A stretch of DNA of 64,000 bases. Origin: Candidatus Eiseniibacteriota bacterium. Its GTDB lineage: Bacteria; Eisenbacteria; RBG-16-71-46. The notes under the pieces are model-generated. The model saw only the letters and a program-made list of their open reading frames with translations, had not been told where the DNA came from and did no database searches. Each line of letters opens with the position of its first letter. The first letter of the stretch is position 1. Below, in pieces: positions 12,657 to 22,455 of the stretch. The position numbers were made by a program, and so were the translations under genes. The DNA is taken from NCBI GenBank assembly GCA_016178725.1, contig JACOSV010000084.1, positions 55,205-119,204 on the forward strand. The letters are read 5' to 3'.

Positions 12657-15488
12657 GTGAAGATGGTGTTCGCGCGACCGGCGCGTCTGATCGTGGCGCT
12701 CGCCGCGCTCGCCGTGCTCGCGTCGGCGCCCGCCGGCGCGCAGGTCTTCGGGCAGAACAAGGTGCAGTACGAGCCGCTCGAGTGGAGCGTGCTCGAGACG
12801 CCGCACGTCCGCCTGCACTTCTACGCGCAGGAAGAGAGCCTGGCGCGGCGGCTGGCCGCGCTCGCCGAGACGGTCGCGGTCGAGTACGACGGCCGCTTCC
12901 GCATGAGCCCGCACCGGCAGATCCCGATCCTCCTCTACTCGGCCCACCACGTCTTCCAGCAGACCAACGCGACGCCCGAGCTGATCACCGAGGCGGTGGG
13001 CGGGCTCACCGAGCTCATCAAGGGCCGCGTGCTGATCCCGCACAACGGATCGTGGACGCGGCTCGTGTGGGTGACGCGCCACGAGCTGACCCATGCCTAC
13101 ATGCTCGAGAAGCTCTCGCAGGTGATGAAGGCCCATCACCGCACGCAGGGCTACCTGCCGCCGCTCTGGTTCACCGAGGGGTTCGCCGAGTTCTGCGGCA
13201 CGCACTGGGACGCCGACGCCGAGGGCCTGATGCGCGACGCCATGCTCACGGGACGCGCGACGCCGCTCACGCACAGCGACGAAATCATCGGCACCGTGCT
13301 CATGTACAAGGAGGGGCAGAGCTTCCTGCTCTATCTCGCCGACCGCTTCGGCCCGACGAAGGTGTTCGACATCCTCGACAACTGGTGGCGCGGCGACGAT
13401 TTCGAGACCGTGTTCCGCATGACGATCGGCCTGCCGCTGCGCGAGGTGGACGAGGCGTGGTTCAACGAGGTGCGGCGGCGCTACTACCCGGCCGTGGCGG
13501 ACGCGTCCCCCGCGGCCGAAGTCGGCCAGCGACTCACGCGGCGCGGCTTCTACAATCTCGGACCGCGGGTGTTGCCGGCGAAGCGCGGGGCCGACGGCGC
13601 GGCGGCGGACACGGCGGTGCGTTTCTGCTACTTCGCCGCGAGCGAGAGCGGGATCGACCTCGTGCTGAACGAGCCCGACCGCAAGGGCCGGCGCCACGAG
13701 CATCGCGTGCTGCGCGGCGGGGTCTCACCGTCGTTCGAGTCGTTCCATCTCTTCCAGACCCGCCCGGACGCTTCGCCGTCGGGGATGATCGCGCTCTCGT
13801 CCAAGCGCGGCGGCCGCGACGCGCTCTACCTGGTCGACAGCCATCGCCGCCGTGTCGTGCGGCGGTTCGAGTTCCCGCATCTCGTCGCGATCAACGATCC
13901 GTCGCTCGTCCCGGGCGACCAGGGCATGATCTTCTCGGCGCAGGACGAGAGCGGCCGCAGCGATCTCTACCGCGTCACATGGCCCAACGACGAGACGCGG
14001 CTCGAGCGCCTCACCGACGACGACTTCGACGACGTCGAGCCCGACATCTCGCCCGACGGCCGCTGGGTGGTGTTCGCCTCCGATCGCGGCCAGCGCGGCG
14101 GCCATCACTCGCTCTTCCGCCTCGCGCTCGAGGGCGGGGCGCCGGAGCCGGTGAGCGAGCCGCCGTCGGGCGACGACCGCCAGCCGGTCTATTCGCCCGA
14201 CGGGCGCTGGATCGCGTTCCGCTCGACCCGCGGCGGCACGAGCGATCTCTGGGTGCGGCTGGCCGAGCCGTCGCGCGAGGCGCGCCGCGTCACGCGGCTC
14301 ATCGGCCCGGCATCCGATCCGGCGTGGACGCCGGACGGGCGCGGCCTGCTGTTCTCGGGGCAGGAGCGCGTCGAGTTCCAGGTCTACCGCGTGCGCTTCG
14401 ATCCCGACACGCTGCGCGCCGAGGCCGAACCGGAGCCCGCGCGCGCACCGGCGATCGCCGCCGAGATCGACGCGGGCGAGCCGCATCCCTACCAGCGTCA
14501 GTTGAGTCTCGACCTCGTCCAGAACGGCGTCGCGTTCGATCCCGGTCTCGGCGCCGGCGCGGGCGGCCAGATCGCGTTGAGCGACGTGCTCGGCAACGAG
14601 CAGTTCAACATCTTCCTCACCAACGATTCGGAGCGCTTCGGGAACTTCTGGGACGGGTTCGAGGGCGGCGTCACGTACATCAACCAGTCGCAGCGGCTGA
14701 ACTACGGCCTCGGTCTCTTCCGATTGACGCAGATCTACGATCAGGACCTCGACCTCGTCCGGCGCGAGCGGCGCATCGGGCTCGTGGGACTCGTGAGCTA
14801 CCCGTTCAATCGCTTCACGCGCCTCGAGGGCTCGATGCTGGTGCGGCACGCGAGCGAGCACCGGCTCGAAGACGGCTCGATCGGCGCGGTGGATCTGGTT
14901 TCCAACTTCATCGCTATCGTCCACGACAACGCACGCTGGTCCGCGATCGGTCCGGGCGGCGGCACGCGGCTCTACCTCGGCGGCGGATTCACGCGCGACC
15001 TGGGCTCCGGGCAGGCGAACGAGGCGACGATGCTCGCCGAGGTCCGCCACTACCGCATGCTGATCCCCAACGTCGTCCTCGCGATGCGCGTCCAGGGGCA
15101 GGCGAGCCTGTGGGGCGACGCGCAGCGCTTCTACCTCGGCGGGTACAACTCGCTCCCCGGCGTCCAGCGCCGCTCGCTCACCGGGCTGCAGACGCTGCTC
15201 GTCCAGCAGGAGGTGCGGTTTCCGGTGCTGCGCCGGCTGGTGCTGGCGATCCCGACCGCGTGGGAGTTCCCGACCGTGAGCGCCGCGTTGTTCGCGGGCT
15301 CGGCGTGGACGTGGGACCGTGCGTTCACCGGCGGCGCGCCGGAAAAGCTCGGCGTCGTCGGCTTCGGCGTCTTCATCGGCGGCGGCTACTTCCCGGCGTT
15401 CCGCTGGAACTTCTCGTGGCCGACCACCGACTTCCGCACGCTCCCGCCGCGGCCGCACACGCAGTTCACGATCGGCTTCAACTACTGA
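12657..15488 (+). CDS. secreted multidomain protein: gluzincin-like HExxH peptidase (Peptidase_MA-like) + TolB/PD40 beta-propeller + C-terminal Omp85/D15-like beta-barrel
   Basis: Signal peptide. HELTHAYM...FTEGFAEF zinc-binding arrangement. Multiple SPDGRW PD40 repeats. C-terminal amphipathic beta strands ending ...FTIGFNY. Confidence 0.6.
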   Translation: MKMVFARPARLIVALAALAVLASAPAGAQVFGQNKVQYEPLEWSVLETPHVRLHFYAQEESLARRLAALAETVAVEYDGRFRMSPHRQIPILLYSAHHVFQQTNATPELITEAVGGLTELIKGRVLIPHNGSWTRLVWVTRHELTHAYMLEKLSQVMKAHHRTQGYLPPLWFTEGFAEFCGTHWDADAEGLMRDAMLTGRATPLTHSDEIIGTVLMYKEGQSFLLYLADRFGPTKVFDILDNWWRGDDFETVFRMTIGLPLREVDEAWFNEVRRRYYPAVADASPAAEVGQRLTRRGFYNLGPRVLPAKRGADGAAADTAVRFCYFAASESGIDLVLNEPDRKGRRHEHRVLRGGVSPSFESFHLFQTRPDASPSGMIALSSKRGGRDALYLVDSHRRRVVRRFEFPHLVAINDPSLVPGDQGMIFSAQDESGRSDLYRVTWPNDETRLERLTDDDFDDVEPDISPDGRWVVFASDRGQRGGHHSLFRLALEGGAPEPVSEPPSGDDRQPVYSPDGRWIAFRSTRGGTSDLWVRLAEPSREARRVTRLIGPASDPAWTPDGRGLLFSGQERVEFQVYRVRFDPDTLRAEAEPEPARAPAIAAEIDAGEPHPYQRQLSLDLVQNGVAFDPGLGAGAGGQIALSDVLGNEQFNIFLTNDSERFGNFWDGFEGGVTYINQSQRLNYGLGLFRLTQIYDQDLDLVRRERRIGLVGLVSYPFNRFTRLEGSMLVRHASEHRLEDGSIGAVDLVSNFIAIVHDNARWSAIGPGGGTRLYLGGGFTRDLGSGQANEATMLAEVRHYRMLIPNVVLAMRVQGQASLWGDAQRFYLGGYNSLPGVQRRSLTGLQTLLVQQEVRFPVLRRLVLAIPTAWEFPTVSAALFAGSAWTWDRAFTGGAPEKLGVVGFGVFIGGGYFPAFRWNFSWPTTDFRTLPPRPHTQFTIGFNY

Positions 15489-15491
15489 CGG

Positions 15492-16742
15492 TCAGCGCGC
15501 GCCGCCGGGGTCCACGGCGATCGCGAACGGGAACGTGAACCCGTCGAGGCGTCGCAGCACCGCGCCGTTCGGCGCGACGCGCACGACCTCGCCGGAATTG
15601 CCGAGCACGGCCCACACCTCGCCGGAGCGCGCGTCCACCGAGAGCTCGCCCGCGTCCGGGAAACCGGTGAGCCGCAGTTCGACCGTGCCGTCGCGGCGCA
15701 GCGCGACGATCTCGCCGGCGCCCGGATCGGCGACCCAGACGCGGCCGCGCCGCGCGTCGGCCGCGATCCCGAGCGGCGTGACGAAGAGGTCGAGCGTGTC
15801 GAGCACGACGCCGCCGAGATCGACGCGCGTCACGGTGCCGCGGGTGTACGACGTGATCCACGCAACACGCGTCACGCTGTCCACCGCGACCCGGCTCGGC
15901 GCAGGCACGGTGCGCCGTAAGATCGGGTTCTGGTCGAACTCCGGGTAGCGGCTGACGCGGTTCGCGCCGCGCTCGGACACCCACACGGAGCCGTCCACCG
16001 CGTCCACCGCGACGTCGTTGGGCGTGTCGAGGCTCGCGATGTCGAGCGAGGCGGGGTCGCCCTGCGGCCGGAAGTGATGCACGAGTCCGGCGGTGGGATC
16101 GCACACCCATGCGTTGCCGTCGAACGAGTCCACCGCGATCGACCCCGGCTCCGCGACCGGGATCGCGGTGCGCACGCCGGTCGTGGGATTGAGCGCGACG
16201 ACGCGGCTCGCGCCGGGATCCGAGATCCACACGAGACCGCTCTGCGCGTTCACCGCGACGTCGATCGTGCCCGTGAAGCCGGTCACGTCATTCGCGATGC
16301 GCCGGCCGTCGGGCGTGATCTGGAACGCGTCGCTCCCGGACGACAGGATCATCCACGGGATCGCGCTCCCCGGCGTCGCGGTGTCCTCGGCCGGCCGCGA
16401 GCCGAGGCCGCCCGTGAACACGAAGTAGAGGCGATACGTGTAGTCCTGGCCGTCGAGCAGGCCCACGTCCCTGAACTGCGTGACGCCCGTGTTCAGGACC
16501 GGCGTGATCGCCCGGAACGCGGCCTCGCCCGGTCCGCGGCGGAAGAGCTGGTAGCCGGTGAGCGTGTTGCCCGCCACCTGCTGCCAGCGCAGCTGGACCT
16601 GGCCCTCGCCGGCGATCGCGACGAATCCGGACGGCCGTCCGTTGGTGGCGGGGTTGTTGGGATCGAACGGATTGGCGCGCTCGCGCGTGCTGCAGCCCGC
16701 GACGAGCAGCGGGAGCGCTAGAAGCGGTAGGAGACGGCGCAT
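15492..16742 (-). CDS. lipoprotein with FN3-like and NHL/beta-propeller repeats
   Basis: Signal peptide plus lipobox VAGCS. Repeated ...VAVD..G..WV.D motifs. Convergent with, and 3 nt from, the previous gene. Confidence 0.6.
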   Translation of the reverse strand: MRRLLPLLALPLLVAGCSTRERANPFDPNNPATNGRPSGFVAIAGEGQVQLRWQQVAGNTLTGYQLFRRGPGEAAFRAITPVLNTGVTQFRDVGLLDGQDYTYRLYFVFTGGLGSRPAEDTATPGSAIPWMILSSGSDAFQITPDGRRIANDVTGFTGTIDVAVNAQSGLVWISDPGASRVVALNPTTGVRTAIPVAEPGSIAVDSFDGNAWVCDPTAGLVHHFRPQGDPASLDIASLDTPNDVAVDAVDGSVWVSERGANRVSRYPEFDQNPILRRTVPAPSRVAVDSVTRVAWITSYTRGTVTRVDLGGVVLDTLDLFVTPLGIAADARRGRVWVADPGAGEIVALRRDGTVELRLTGFPDAGELSVDARSGEVWAVLGNSGEVVRVAPNGAVLRRLDGFTFPFAIAVDPGGAR

Positions 16743-17146
16743 CGCGTCGGCTCGAGCGAGACGGCGACGCGTTGGGTCGACGGTCGCCGGATGAAGCGGA
16801 GGTAAAGCCCGGCCGCGATCAGCGCCTCGCCGGTGAGCACCGAGGCCTGGGAGAGATGGTCGTAGCGCGCGGCGCGATCGAAGAGCACGTCGATCTGCGC
16901 CGGATCCGTGCTGACGAGGTACTCGGCGTAGGCGCGGTCGGCGCGGTGCGTGAGCGAGAACGAGAGCCCGACCAGCGCCGCGCCGGTGATGCAGGTGGCG
17001 TACGCGCCGAGGTGGCTCTGCCGCGCCGGCGGATCGAGCGGCACGGCCCGAAACGGCTCGACCGCCGCGGGCTCCGCCCGGGCGGCCGTGACGGGAATCT
17101 CGAACATCAGGCAGGCCGCGAACAACGCGGCCGCAATGCGCGCCAT
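16718..17146 (-). CDS. hypothetical secreted/membrane protein
   Basis: N-terminal hydrophobic signal-like segment MARIAAALFAACLMF. Sits between rpsT and the NHL lipoprotein, overlapping the latter's start in another frame. Confidence 0.4.
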   Translation of the reverse strand: MARIAAALFAACLMFEIPVTAARAEPAAVEPFRAVPLDPPARQSHLGAYATCITGAALVGLSFSLTHRADRAYAEYLVSTDPAQIDVLFDRAARYDHLSQASVLTGEALIAAGLYLRFIRRPSTQRVAVSLEPTRCAVSYRF

Positions 17147-17156
17147 GACGAACCGA

Positions 17157-17414
17157 TCAGGCGGGCCGGGTGGCGGCGAATCGGGCCAGGCGGGACTTGT
17201 GCCGGCTGGCGGTCTCCTTCTTGATGACGCCCTTGGCGGCGACGCGGTCGAGCACGGAGACCGCCTGGCGGTACGCCGTGTCGGCCTGGGTGCGGTTTCC
17301 GGCTTCGCGCACGGCCTTGAGCGCCGCGCGCATGCGCGTGCGCAGCGCGATGTTGCGCTGCCGCGACCGCTCGTTGGTGATGACGCGCTTGGCAGCGGAC
17401 TTGTGGTGCGGCAT
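17157..17414 (-). CDS. rpsT: 30S ribosomal protein S20
   Basis: MPHHKSAAKRVITNERSRQRNIALRTRMRAALK... GAGGAGGA RBS. Confidence 0.95.
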   Translation of the reverse strand: MPHHKSAAKRVITNERSRQRNIALRTRMRAALKAVREAGNRTQADTAYRQAVSVLDRVAAKGVIKKETASRHKSRLARFAATRPA

Positions 17415-17457
17415 GCGAATCCTCCTCGCGGGCTTCGGGATCGGAAAGCGGGTGGGG

Positions 17458-17488
17458 ACGATAGCGGGGCGCGCGCGGGAGTGTCAAG
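17458..17488 (-). promoter_or_regulatory. candidate sigma70 promoter of rpsT (-35 TTGACA, 18-nt spacer, -10 TATCGT)
   Basis: Read on the minus strand in the rpsT/uvrC divergent intergenic region. Confidence 0.35.
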
Positions 17489-17551
17489 CGTGGCCGTTGC
17501 CGTTGGCCTTCGCGCCAGTGTACTGTAACCGTTCACCCCATCCTGCACCGG

Positions 17552-19471
17552 GTGTCCGGAGTGCCCGTGACCGTTTTGCGCGAGAAGATCCTCAATCTGC
17601 CGTCCTTGCCGGGGGTTTACCTGTTCAAGGACGCGCGCGGCCGCGTGCTCTACGTCGGCAAGGCCAAACGGCTGGCGCAGCGGGTGCGGGCCTACCTCGG
17701 CGACGACGCCGAGCCCTTCCATCGCGACATGATGGGGGAGGCGACGGACCTCGACGTGATCCTCACCGACACCGAGGTCGAGGCGCTGCTGCTCGAGGCG
17801 ACGCTCATCCGCCAGCATCACCCGCACTACAACATCGTGCTCAAGGACGACAAGAGCTTCCCGTACGTGCGGATCAGCGTGCAGGAGCCGTGGCCGCGGC
17901 TCTCCGTCACGCGCCATGTGCGCGGCGACGGGGCCCGCTATCTGGGCCCGTTCACCGACGTGAAGCTCCTGCGCCGCACGCTGCGCGAGGTGCGCCGCAT
18001 CTTCCCGCTGCGCAGCTGCCGCAACTTCGAGGACTACCGCCGCGCCGACCGGCCGTGCCTCTACTACCACATCCGCCGCTGCGTCGGGCCGTGCTACAGC
18101 CGCGCGGCCGTGCGGCCCGAGGAGTATCGCGCGCTGGTGGACGGGCTGGTCCTGTTCCTCACCGGGCGCGATCGCGAGCTGCTCGATCGCCTGCGCGGCG
18201 AGATGGATCAGGCCGCGACGGAGCGCCGCTACGAGGCGGCGGCGCGGCGCCGCGATCAGATCCACCTGCTCGAGCGCGTGCGCGCGCCGCAGAAGGTCGT
18301 GCGCCGGTCGGGGCGCGACGCGGACGTGGTCGGCCTCGCGCGGCACGGCCGGCGCGCCGCGGCCGTCGTGCTGCTCGTGCGTTCGGGACGCGTGGTGGGG
18401 AAGGAGTCGCGGCTGCTCGCGCGCGTCGAGGGCGGCGACGAGGCCGAGATCCTCGCCCAGTTCCTGACCCAGCATTATCTCGCGCAGTCCTCGCTGCCGC
18501 GGCGCATGGTGCTGGGCGTCGCGCTCGCGGACGGGCCGCTCATCGCCGAGGCGCTGACGCGCCGCGCCGGGCATCCGGTCGAGCTGGCGCTGCCGGCGCG
18601 CGGGCGCGAGCGCCAGCTGGTCGCGACCGCCGAGCGCAACGCCGCGCACGCGCTCGAGGACCTCGAGGCGCGCGCCGCCGGTCGGCGGTCTCAGTTCGCG
18701 CCCGAAGTGCTCGAGCTGCAGAAGGCGCTCGCGCTCGAAGCGCCGCCGCACCGCATCGTCTGCTTCGACGTCTCGAACCTCGGCGGCGAGGGCGCGGTCG
18801 CCGCCGCGGTCGCGAGCGAGAACGGCCGCATGCGCAAGGGGCTCTACCGTCGCATGCGGATCCGCCGGCCGGGCCCGGACGACTTCGCGATGATGGGCGA
18901 AGTGGTCGAGCGCTACTGGACGCGGGTCGAATCGGGCGAGCTGCCGCGCCCCGACCTGGTGCTGGTGGACGGCGGCGTCGGGCAGATCGGCGCGGCACGG
19001 CGCGCCCTCGACCGCGCCGCGACGCGGCCCGTGCCGCTCATCGGCCTCGCCAAGCGTGAGGAGACCGTGATGCGCGAGCGCGGGGCGCCGCTCAAGCTGC
19101 CGCGCCGCAGTCCCTCGCTGCGCATGCTGCAGCGTCTGCGCGACGAGGCGCACCGTTTCGGCCTCACGTATCACCGAATGGTGCGCGGCCGCGCCCGCGT
19201 CACCAGCGCGCTCGACCGCGTCACCGGGATCGGGCCCGCGCGGCGCGCGGCGCTGCTGCGCGCGTTCGGCTCGCTAGCGGCGCTGGGCGCCCGGACGCCC
19301 GAAGAGATCGCGAGCCGTGCGCACGTGCCGCTGGCGCTCGCGACCCGCGTCGCCGACGCGCTGCGCGACGAGGGCGCCGGCGCGCAGCCCACCGCGGTCG
19401 ATGCGGCCCCGGATGCGCGCGCATCCGACGCGCGTGAGGCGGGCGGCTCGGGCGAGGGCGAGGCCGCGTGA
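17552..19471 (+). CDS. uvrC: excinuclease ABC subunit C
   Basis: GTG start. GIY-YIG N-terminus (GVYLFKD...VLYVGKAKRLAQRV). UvrBC-interacting and RNaseH-like/HhH C-terminal regions. Confidence 0.95.
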   Translation: MSGVPVTVLREKILNLPSLPGVYLFKDARGRVLYVGKAKRLAQRVRAYLGDDAEPFHRDMMGEATDLDVILTDTEVEALLLEATLIRQHHPHYNIVLKDDKSFPYVRISVQEPWPRLSVTRHVRGDGARYLGPFTDVKLLRRTLREVRRIFPLRSCRNFEDYRRADRPCLYYHIRRCVGPCYSRAAVRPEEYRALVDGLVLFLTGRDRELLDRLRGEMDQAATERRYEAAARRRDQIHLLERVRAPQKVVRRSGRDADVVGLARHGRRAAAVVLLVRSGRVVGKESRLLARVEGGDEAEILAQFLTQHYLAQSSLPRRMVLGVALADGPLIAEALTRRAGHPVELALPARGRERQLVATAERNAAHALEDLEARAAGRRSQFAPEVLELQKALALEAPPHRIVCFDVSNLGGEGAVAAAVASENGRMRKGLYRRMRIRRPGPDDFAMMGEVVERYWTRVESGELPRPDLVLVDGGVGQIGAARRALDRAATRPVPLIGLAKREETVMRERGAPLKLPRRSPSLRMLQRLRDEAHRFGLTYHRMVRGRARVTSALDRVTGIGPARRAALLRAFGSLAALGARTPEEIASRAHVPLALATRVADALRDEGAGAQPTAVDAAPDARASDAREAGGSGEGEAA

Positions 19472-20391
19472 GCGCCGCCACGCTGCGCGAGCCGCCGGCC
19501 GCGCTCCGCGACCCGGTCGAGGCGTTCCTCGACGAGCTGCGCACGGGGCGACGCTTGAGCCCGCGCACGCTCGACGCCTACGCGCGCGATCTCGCCGACT
19601 ACACGCGCTTCGGCGTGCGGCACGCGCTGCGCGGCTGGCGCGAGGCGGGCACGACGTTCGTCGACGCCTACTTCGCGAGCCTCGCACGGCGCGGGCTCAA
19701 GGGCAGCACCGTGGCACGCCGGCGCTCGGCGCTGCGCGGATTCCACGCGCACCTCGCGCGCGGCGGTGCGATCGCCGCCGATCCGCTGGCGCAGCTGCCG
19801 GCGCCGCGCCGCGAGCGCCGGCTGCCGCACGCGCTCGCGATCGAGGACGTGACGCGCCTGCTCGCCCATCCGGAAGGCCAGAGCGCGCTCGCGCTGCGCG
19901 ACCGTGCGCTGCTCGAGCTCGCGTACGCGAGCGGATTGCGCGTCTCAGAGCTGCTCGGCCTCGTGCCCGCGAACATCGCCTGGTCGGAACGCACGGTGAC
20001 GGTGGTCGGCAAACGCGACAAGCAGCGCACGGTGCCGTTCGGACGTCCGGCGGCGGCCGCGCTGCGCGACTACCTCGAGCGCGGCCGGCCGTCGCTCGCG
20101 CGCGGCGACCGCGCGCGCACGGTGTTCCTCAACGCCCGCGGCGGGCCGTTGAGCCGCATGGGCTACTGGAAGATCCTGCATGGCCACGCGCGCGCCGCGG
20201 GGCTCGCGTCCGCGGTGCATCCGCACGCGCTGCGCCACTCGTTCGCCACGCATCTGCTGATCGGCGGCGCCGACCTGCGCGTCGTGCAGGAGCTGCTCGG
20301 CCATGCCTCCGTGGCCACCACCGCGATCTACACCCATCTCGACCGCGCGTATCTGCGCGAGGTACACCGTACGTTCCATCCGCGTCCCTGA
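19468..20391 (+). CDS. xerD: tyrosine site-specific recombinase XerD
   Basis: GTGA overlap with uvrC. Second Xer-type recombinase with RHSFATHLL...GHASVATTAIYTHL. Confidence 0.75.
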   Translation: MSAATLREPPAALRDPVEAFLDELRTGRRLSPRTLDAYARDLADYTRFGVRHALRGWREAGTTFVDAYFASLARRGLKGSTVARRRSALRGFHAHLARGGAIAADPLAQLPAPRRERRLPHALAIEDVTRLLAHPEGQSALALRDRALLELAYASGLRVSELLGLVPANIAWSERTVTVVGKRDKQRTVPFGRPAAAALRDYLERGRPSLARGDRARTVFLNARGGPLSRMGYWKILHGHARAAGLASAVHPHALRHSFATHLLIGGADLRVVQELLGHASVATTAIYTHLDRAYLREVHRTFHPRP

Positions 20392-20425
20392 CGTGAACCC
20401 GACCGGGGTCCATCGAGGAGAAGCC

Positions 20426-21052
20426 ATGAAGCGTGGTTCGATCCTGACAGGAGGGATGTCCATCGCGGCGCTGGTCGCGGCGCTCTCGACGGCGCCGGCG
20501 CGCGCCGACAACACGATCGTGCTGCCGCGCCCCGGGCAGGTGGGCGTCGGCATCTCGGGCGGCTACGGCTCGCTGCTCAAGAGCGGCGATCTCGGCGGCC
20601 TGTTCGGGACCGGGCCGACGCTCGGCGTGCGCCTGCGCTACCGCATGCGCTACGAGCGCGCGATCGGGCTCTCGTTCGAGAGCCAGCACTTCGACATCCG
20701 TCAGTTCGAGCCGCACTTCCCGGCGAGCGACACGACGCTCGATGGGCGCAGCGACATGCGATTCACGCTCTCGGGCATCGAGTTCTCGCAACTCTTCGGC
20801 ACGCGGACGCGTGCGACCAAGATGCTGATGGTCGGCGCCGGGATCGCGCAGGGATCGGGCCGCACGACCGGCGGCGACACGTGGTTCCCGGGCGACGGCA
20901 CGTACGTCAGCGCCGGCGCCGGCGTCGAATACTTCTTCTTCCGATCGTGGGCGTGGGACCTCTCGACCCGCTACATGGCCGTGTTCCTGCCCACTCAGCG
21001 CGTCCACGACGTGCAGGCCGCGCTCGGCGTCATGTTCTACGCGAGCTACTGA
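20426..21052 (+). CDS. outer-membrane beta-barrel protein (OmpA/OmpW-like porin family)
   Basis: Signal peptide ...APARA. Alternating amphipathic strands. Terminal ...MFYASY. Confidence 0.6.
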   Translation: MKRGSILTGGMSIAALVAALSTAPARADNTIVLPRPGQVGVGISGGYGSLLKSGDLGGLFGTGPTLGVRLRYRMRYERAIGLSFESQHFDIRQFEPHFPASDTTLDGRSDMRFTLSGIEFSQLFGTRTRATKMLMVGAGIAQGSGRTTGGDTWFPGDGTYVSAGAGVEYFFFRSWAWDLSTRYMAVFLPTQRVHDVQAALGVMFYASY

Positions 21053-22455
21053 TGGGGGGCCCGCTGTCGATCGCGTTCCAGGGCGCCGCCCGCACCGTGA
21101 CCGGGTCCCGCCACCACATCCGCTTCGGCGAGCGGACGTGGCTGTTCGACTGCGGGCTCTATCAGGGGCATCGCGACGAGGCCGACGGCATCAACCGCAC
21201 GTTCGTATCCCCGCCCGGATCGCTCGACACGCTGGTGATCTCGCACGCGCACCTGGACCACATCGGCAACGTGCCGACGCTGGTCTCGCAGGGCTACGCC
21301 GGGCGCGTACACTGCACGACGCCGACCGCCGAGCTTGCCGCGTTCATGCTCGCCGACAGCGCGCACCTGATGCAGCAGGACGCCGAGCACCTCGCGCGGC
21401 ACGGCAAGGCGCGCGCCGGCGCCCGGCCCCTCTACGGCGCCCAGCACGTCACCGAGACCGTGTCGCGCTTCGTCACCCACGACTACCATGCGCCGTGGGA
21501 TCTCTTTCCGGACGTGCGCGTCGAGTACTTCGACGCCGGCCACATCCTCGGCTCGGCGCTGACGACGTTCACGTTCCGGAACGGCGAGCGCACGTTCCGC
21601 CTCGGCATGAGCGGCGACCTCGGGCGCGGGCACCGGCCGATCCTGCGCGATCCCGAGCATCATCCGGCGGTGGACGCGATGGTGCTCGAGAGCACCTACG
21701 GCGACCGTTTCCACGCTTCGGCCGACGCGACGACGCGCGGTCTGTGCGAGGCCGTGTCGCGCACGATCGCGCGCGGCGGGCGCGTGCTGATCCCGTCGTT
21801 CGCAGTCGGACGGACCCAGGAGGTGGTGGCGACGCTGCACGGCCTGATCCGGGACGGAACGTGTCCCGACGCGCCGATCTTCGTCGACAGCCCGATGGCG
21901 CGCGAGGCGACCGAGGTGTTCACCCGTCACCCCGAGTGCTTCGACGCCGAGACCGCCGAGGCGTTCCGCCGCGGGGGAGAGCCGTTCGGCTTCCGCCGCC
22001 TGCGCTACGTCGCGACGCCGGACGAGTCGCGCTCGCTCAACGACCTGCGCGAGCCGTGCATCATCGTCGCCGCCTCGGGCATGTGCGAAGGCGGCCGCAT
22101 CCTGCACCACCTCGCGCACGGACTGGGCGATCCGAAGAACACCGTGCTGTTCGTCGGCTACCAGGGCGACGGGACGCTCGGCCGCCGCCTGCTCGACCAC
22201 GCGACCACGGTGAACGTGCTCGGCGAACCGGTGCGCGTCGGCGCCGAGATCGCGGCGCTCGACGGGTTCAGCGCGCACGCCGATCAGGGCGAGCTGGTCG
22301 CGTGGGTCACGGCGCTCGATCCCATGCCGAAACGCATCTTCCTCGTCCACGGCGACCTCGGTCCGGCCGAGACGCTGGCCGGCGTGCTGCGCCAGCGCAC
22401 CCCGGCCGAAGTGTTCGTGCCCGAGAAGAATCAGGAGTTCGCGCTGTGGAGCTGA
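21052..22455 (+). CDS. MBL-fold beta-CASP metallo-nuclease (RNase J / CPSF / SNM1-like)
   Basis: ATG overlaps the OMP stop (TGATG). HAHLDH motif plus downstream beta-CASP motifs (D...H...H). Confidence 0.75.
   Translation: MGGPLSIAFQGAARTVTGSRHHIRFGERTWLFDCGLYQGHRDEADGINRTFVSPPGSLDTLVISHAHLDHIGNVPTLVSQGYAGRVHCTTPTAELAAFMLADSAHLMQQDAEHLARHGKARAGARPLYGAQHVTETVSRFVTHDYHAPWDLFPDVRVEYFDAGHILGSALTTFTFRNGERTFRLGMSGDLGRGHRPILRDPEHHPAVDAMVLESTYGDRFHASADATTRGLCEAVSRTIARGGRVLIPSFAVGRTQEVVATLHGLIRDGTCPDAPIFVDSPMAREATEVFTRHPECFDAETAEAFRRGGEPFGFRRLRYVATPDESRSLNDLREPCIIVAASGMCEGGRILHHLAHGLGDPKNTVLFVGYQGDGTLGRRLLDHATTVNVLGEPVRVGAEIAALDGFSAHADQGELVAWVTALDPMPKRIFLVHGDLGPAETLAGVLRQRTPAEVFVPEKNQEFALWS

Noticed and set aside
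16718-19174. 818-aa minus-strand ORF across rpsT and uvrC
   Set aside because: Only its last 142 codons (16718-17146) have a plausible start and signal peptide. The rest is antisense to uvrC and in the same stretch as rpsT but in a different frame.
8140-20391. Two tyrosine recombinase genes taken as a sign of a mobile element, integron or prophage
   Set aside because: Both have the XerC/XerD housekeeping architecture and sit in conserved chromosomal contexts (topA-xerC-dapF, uvrC-xerD). There are no flanking direct repeats, att-like tRNA fragments, phage or transposase genes.
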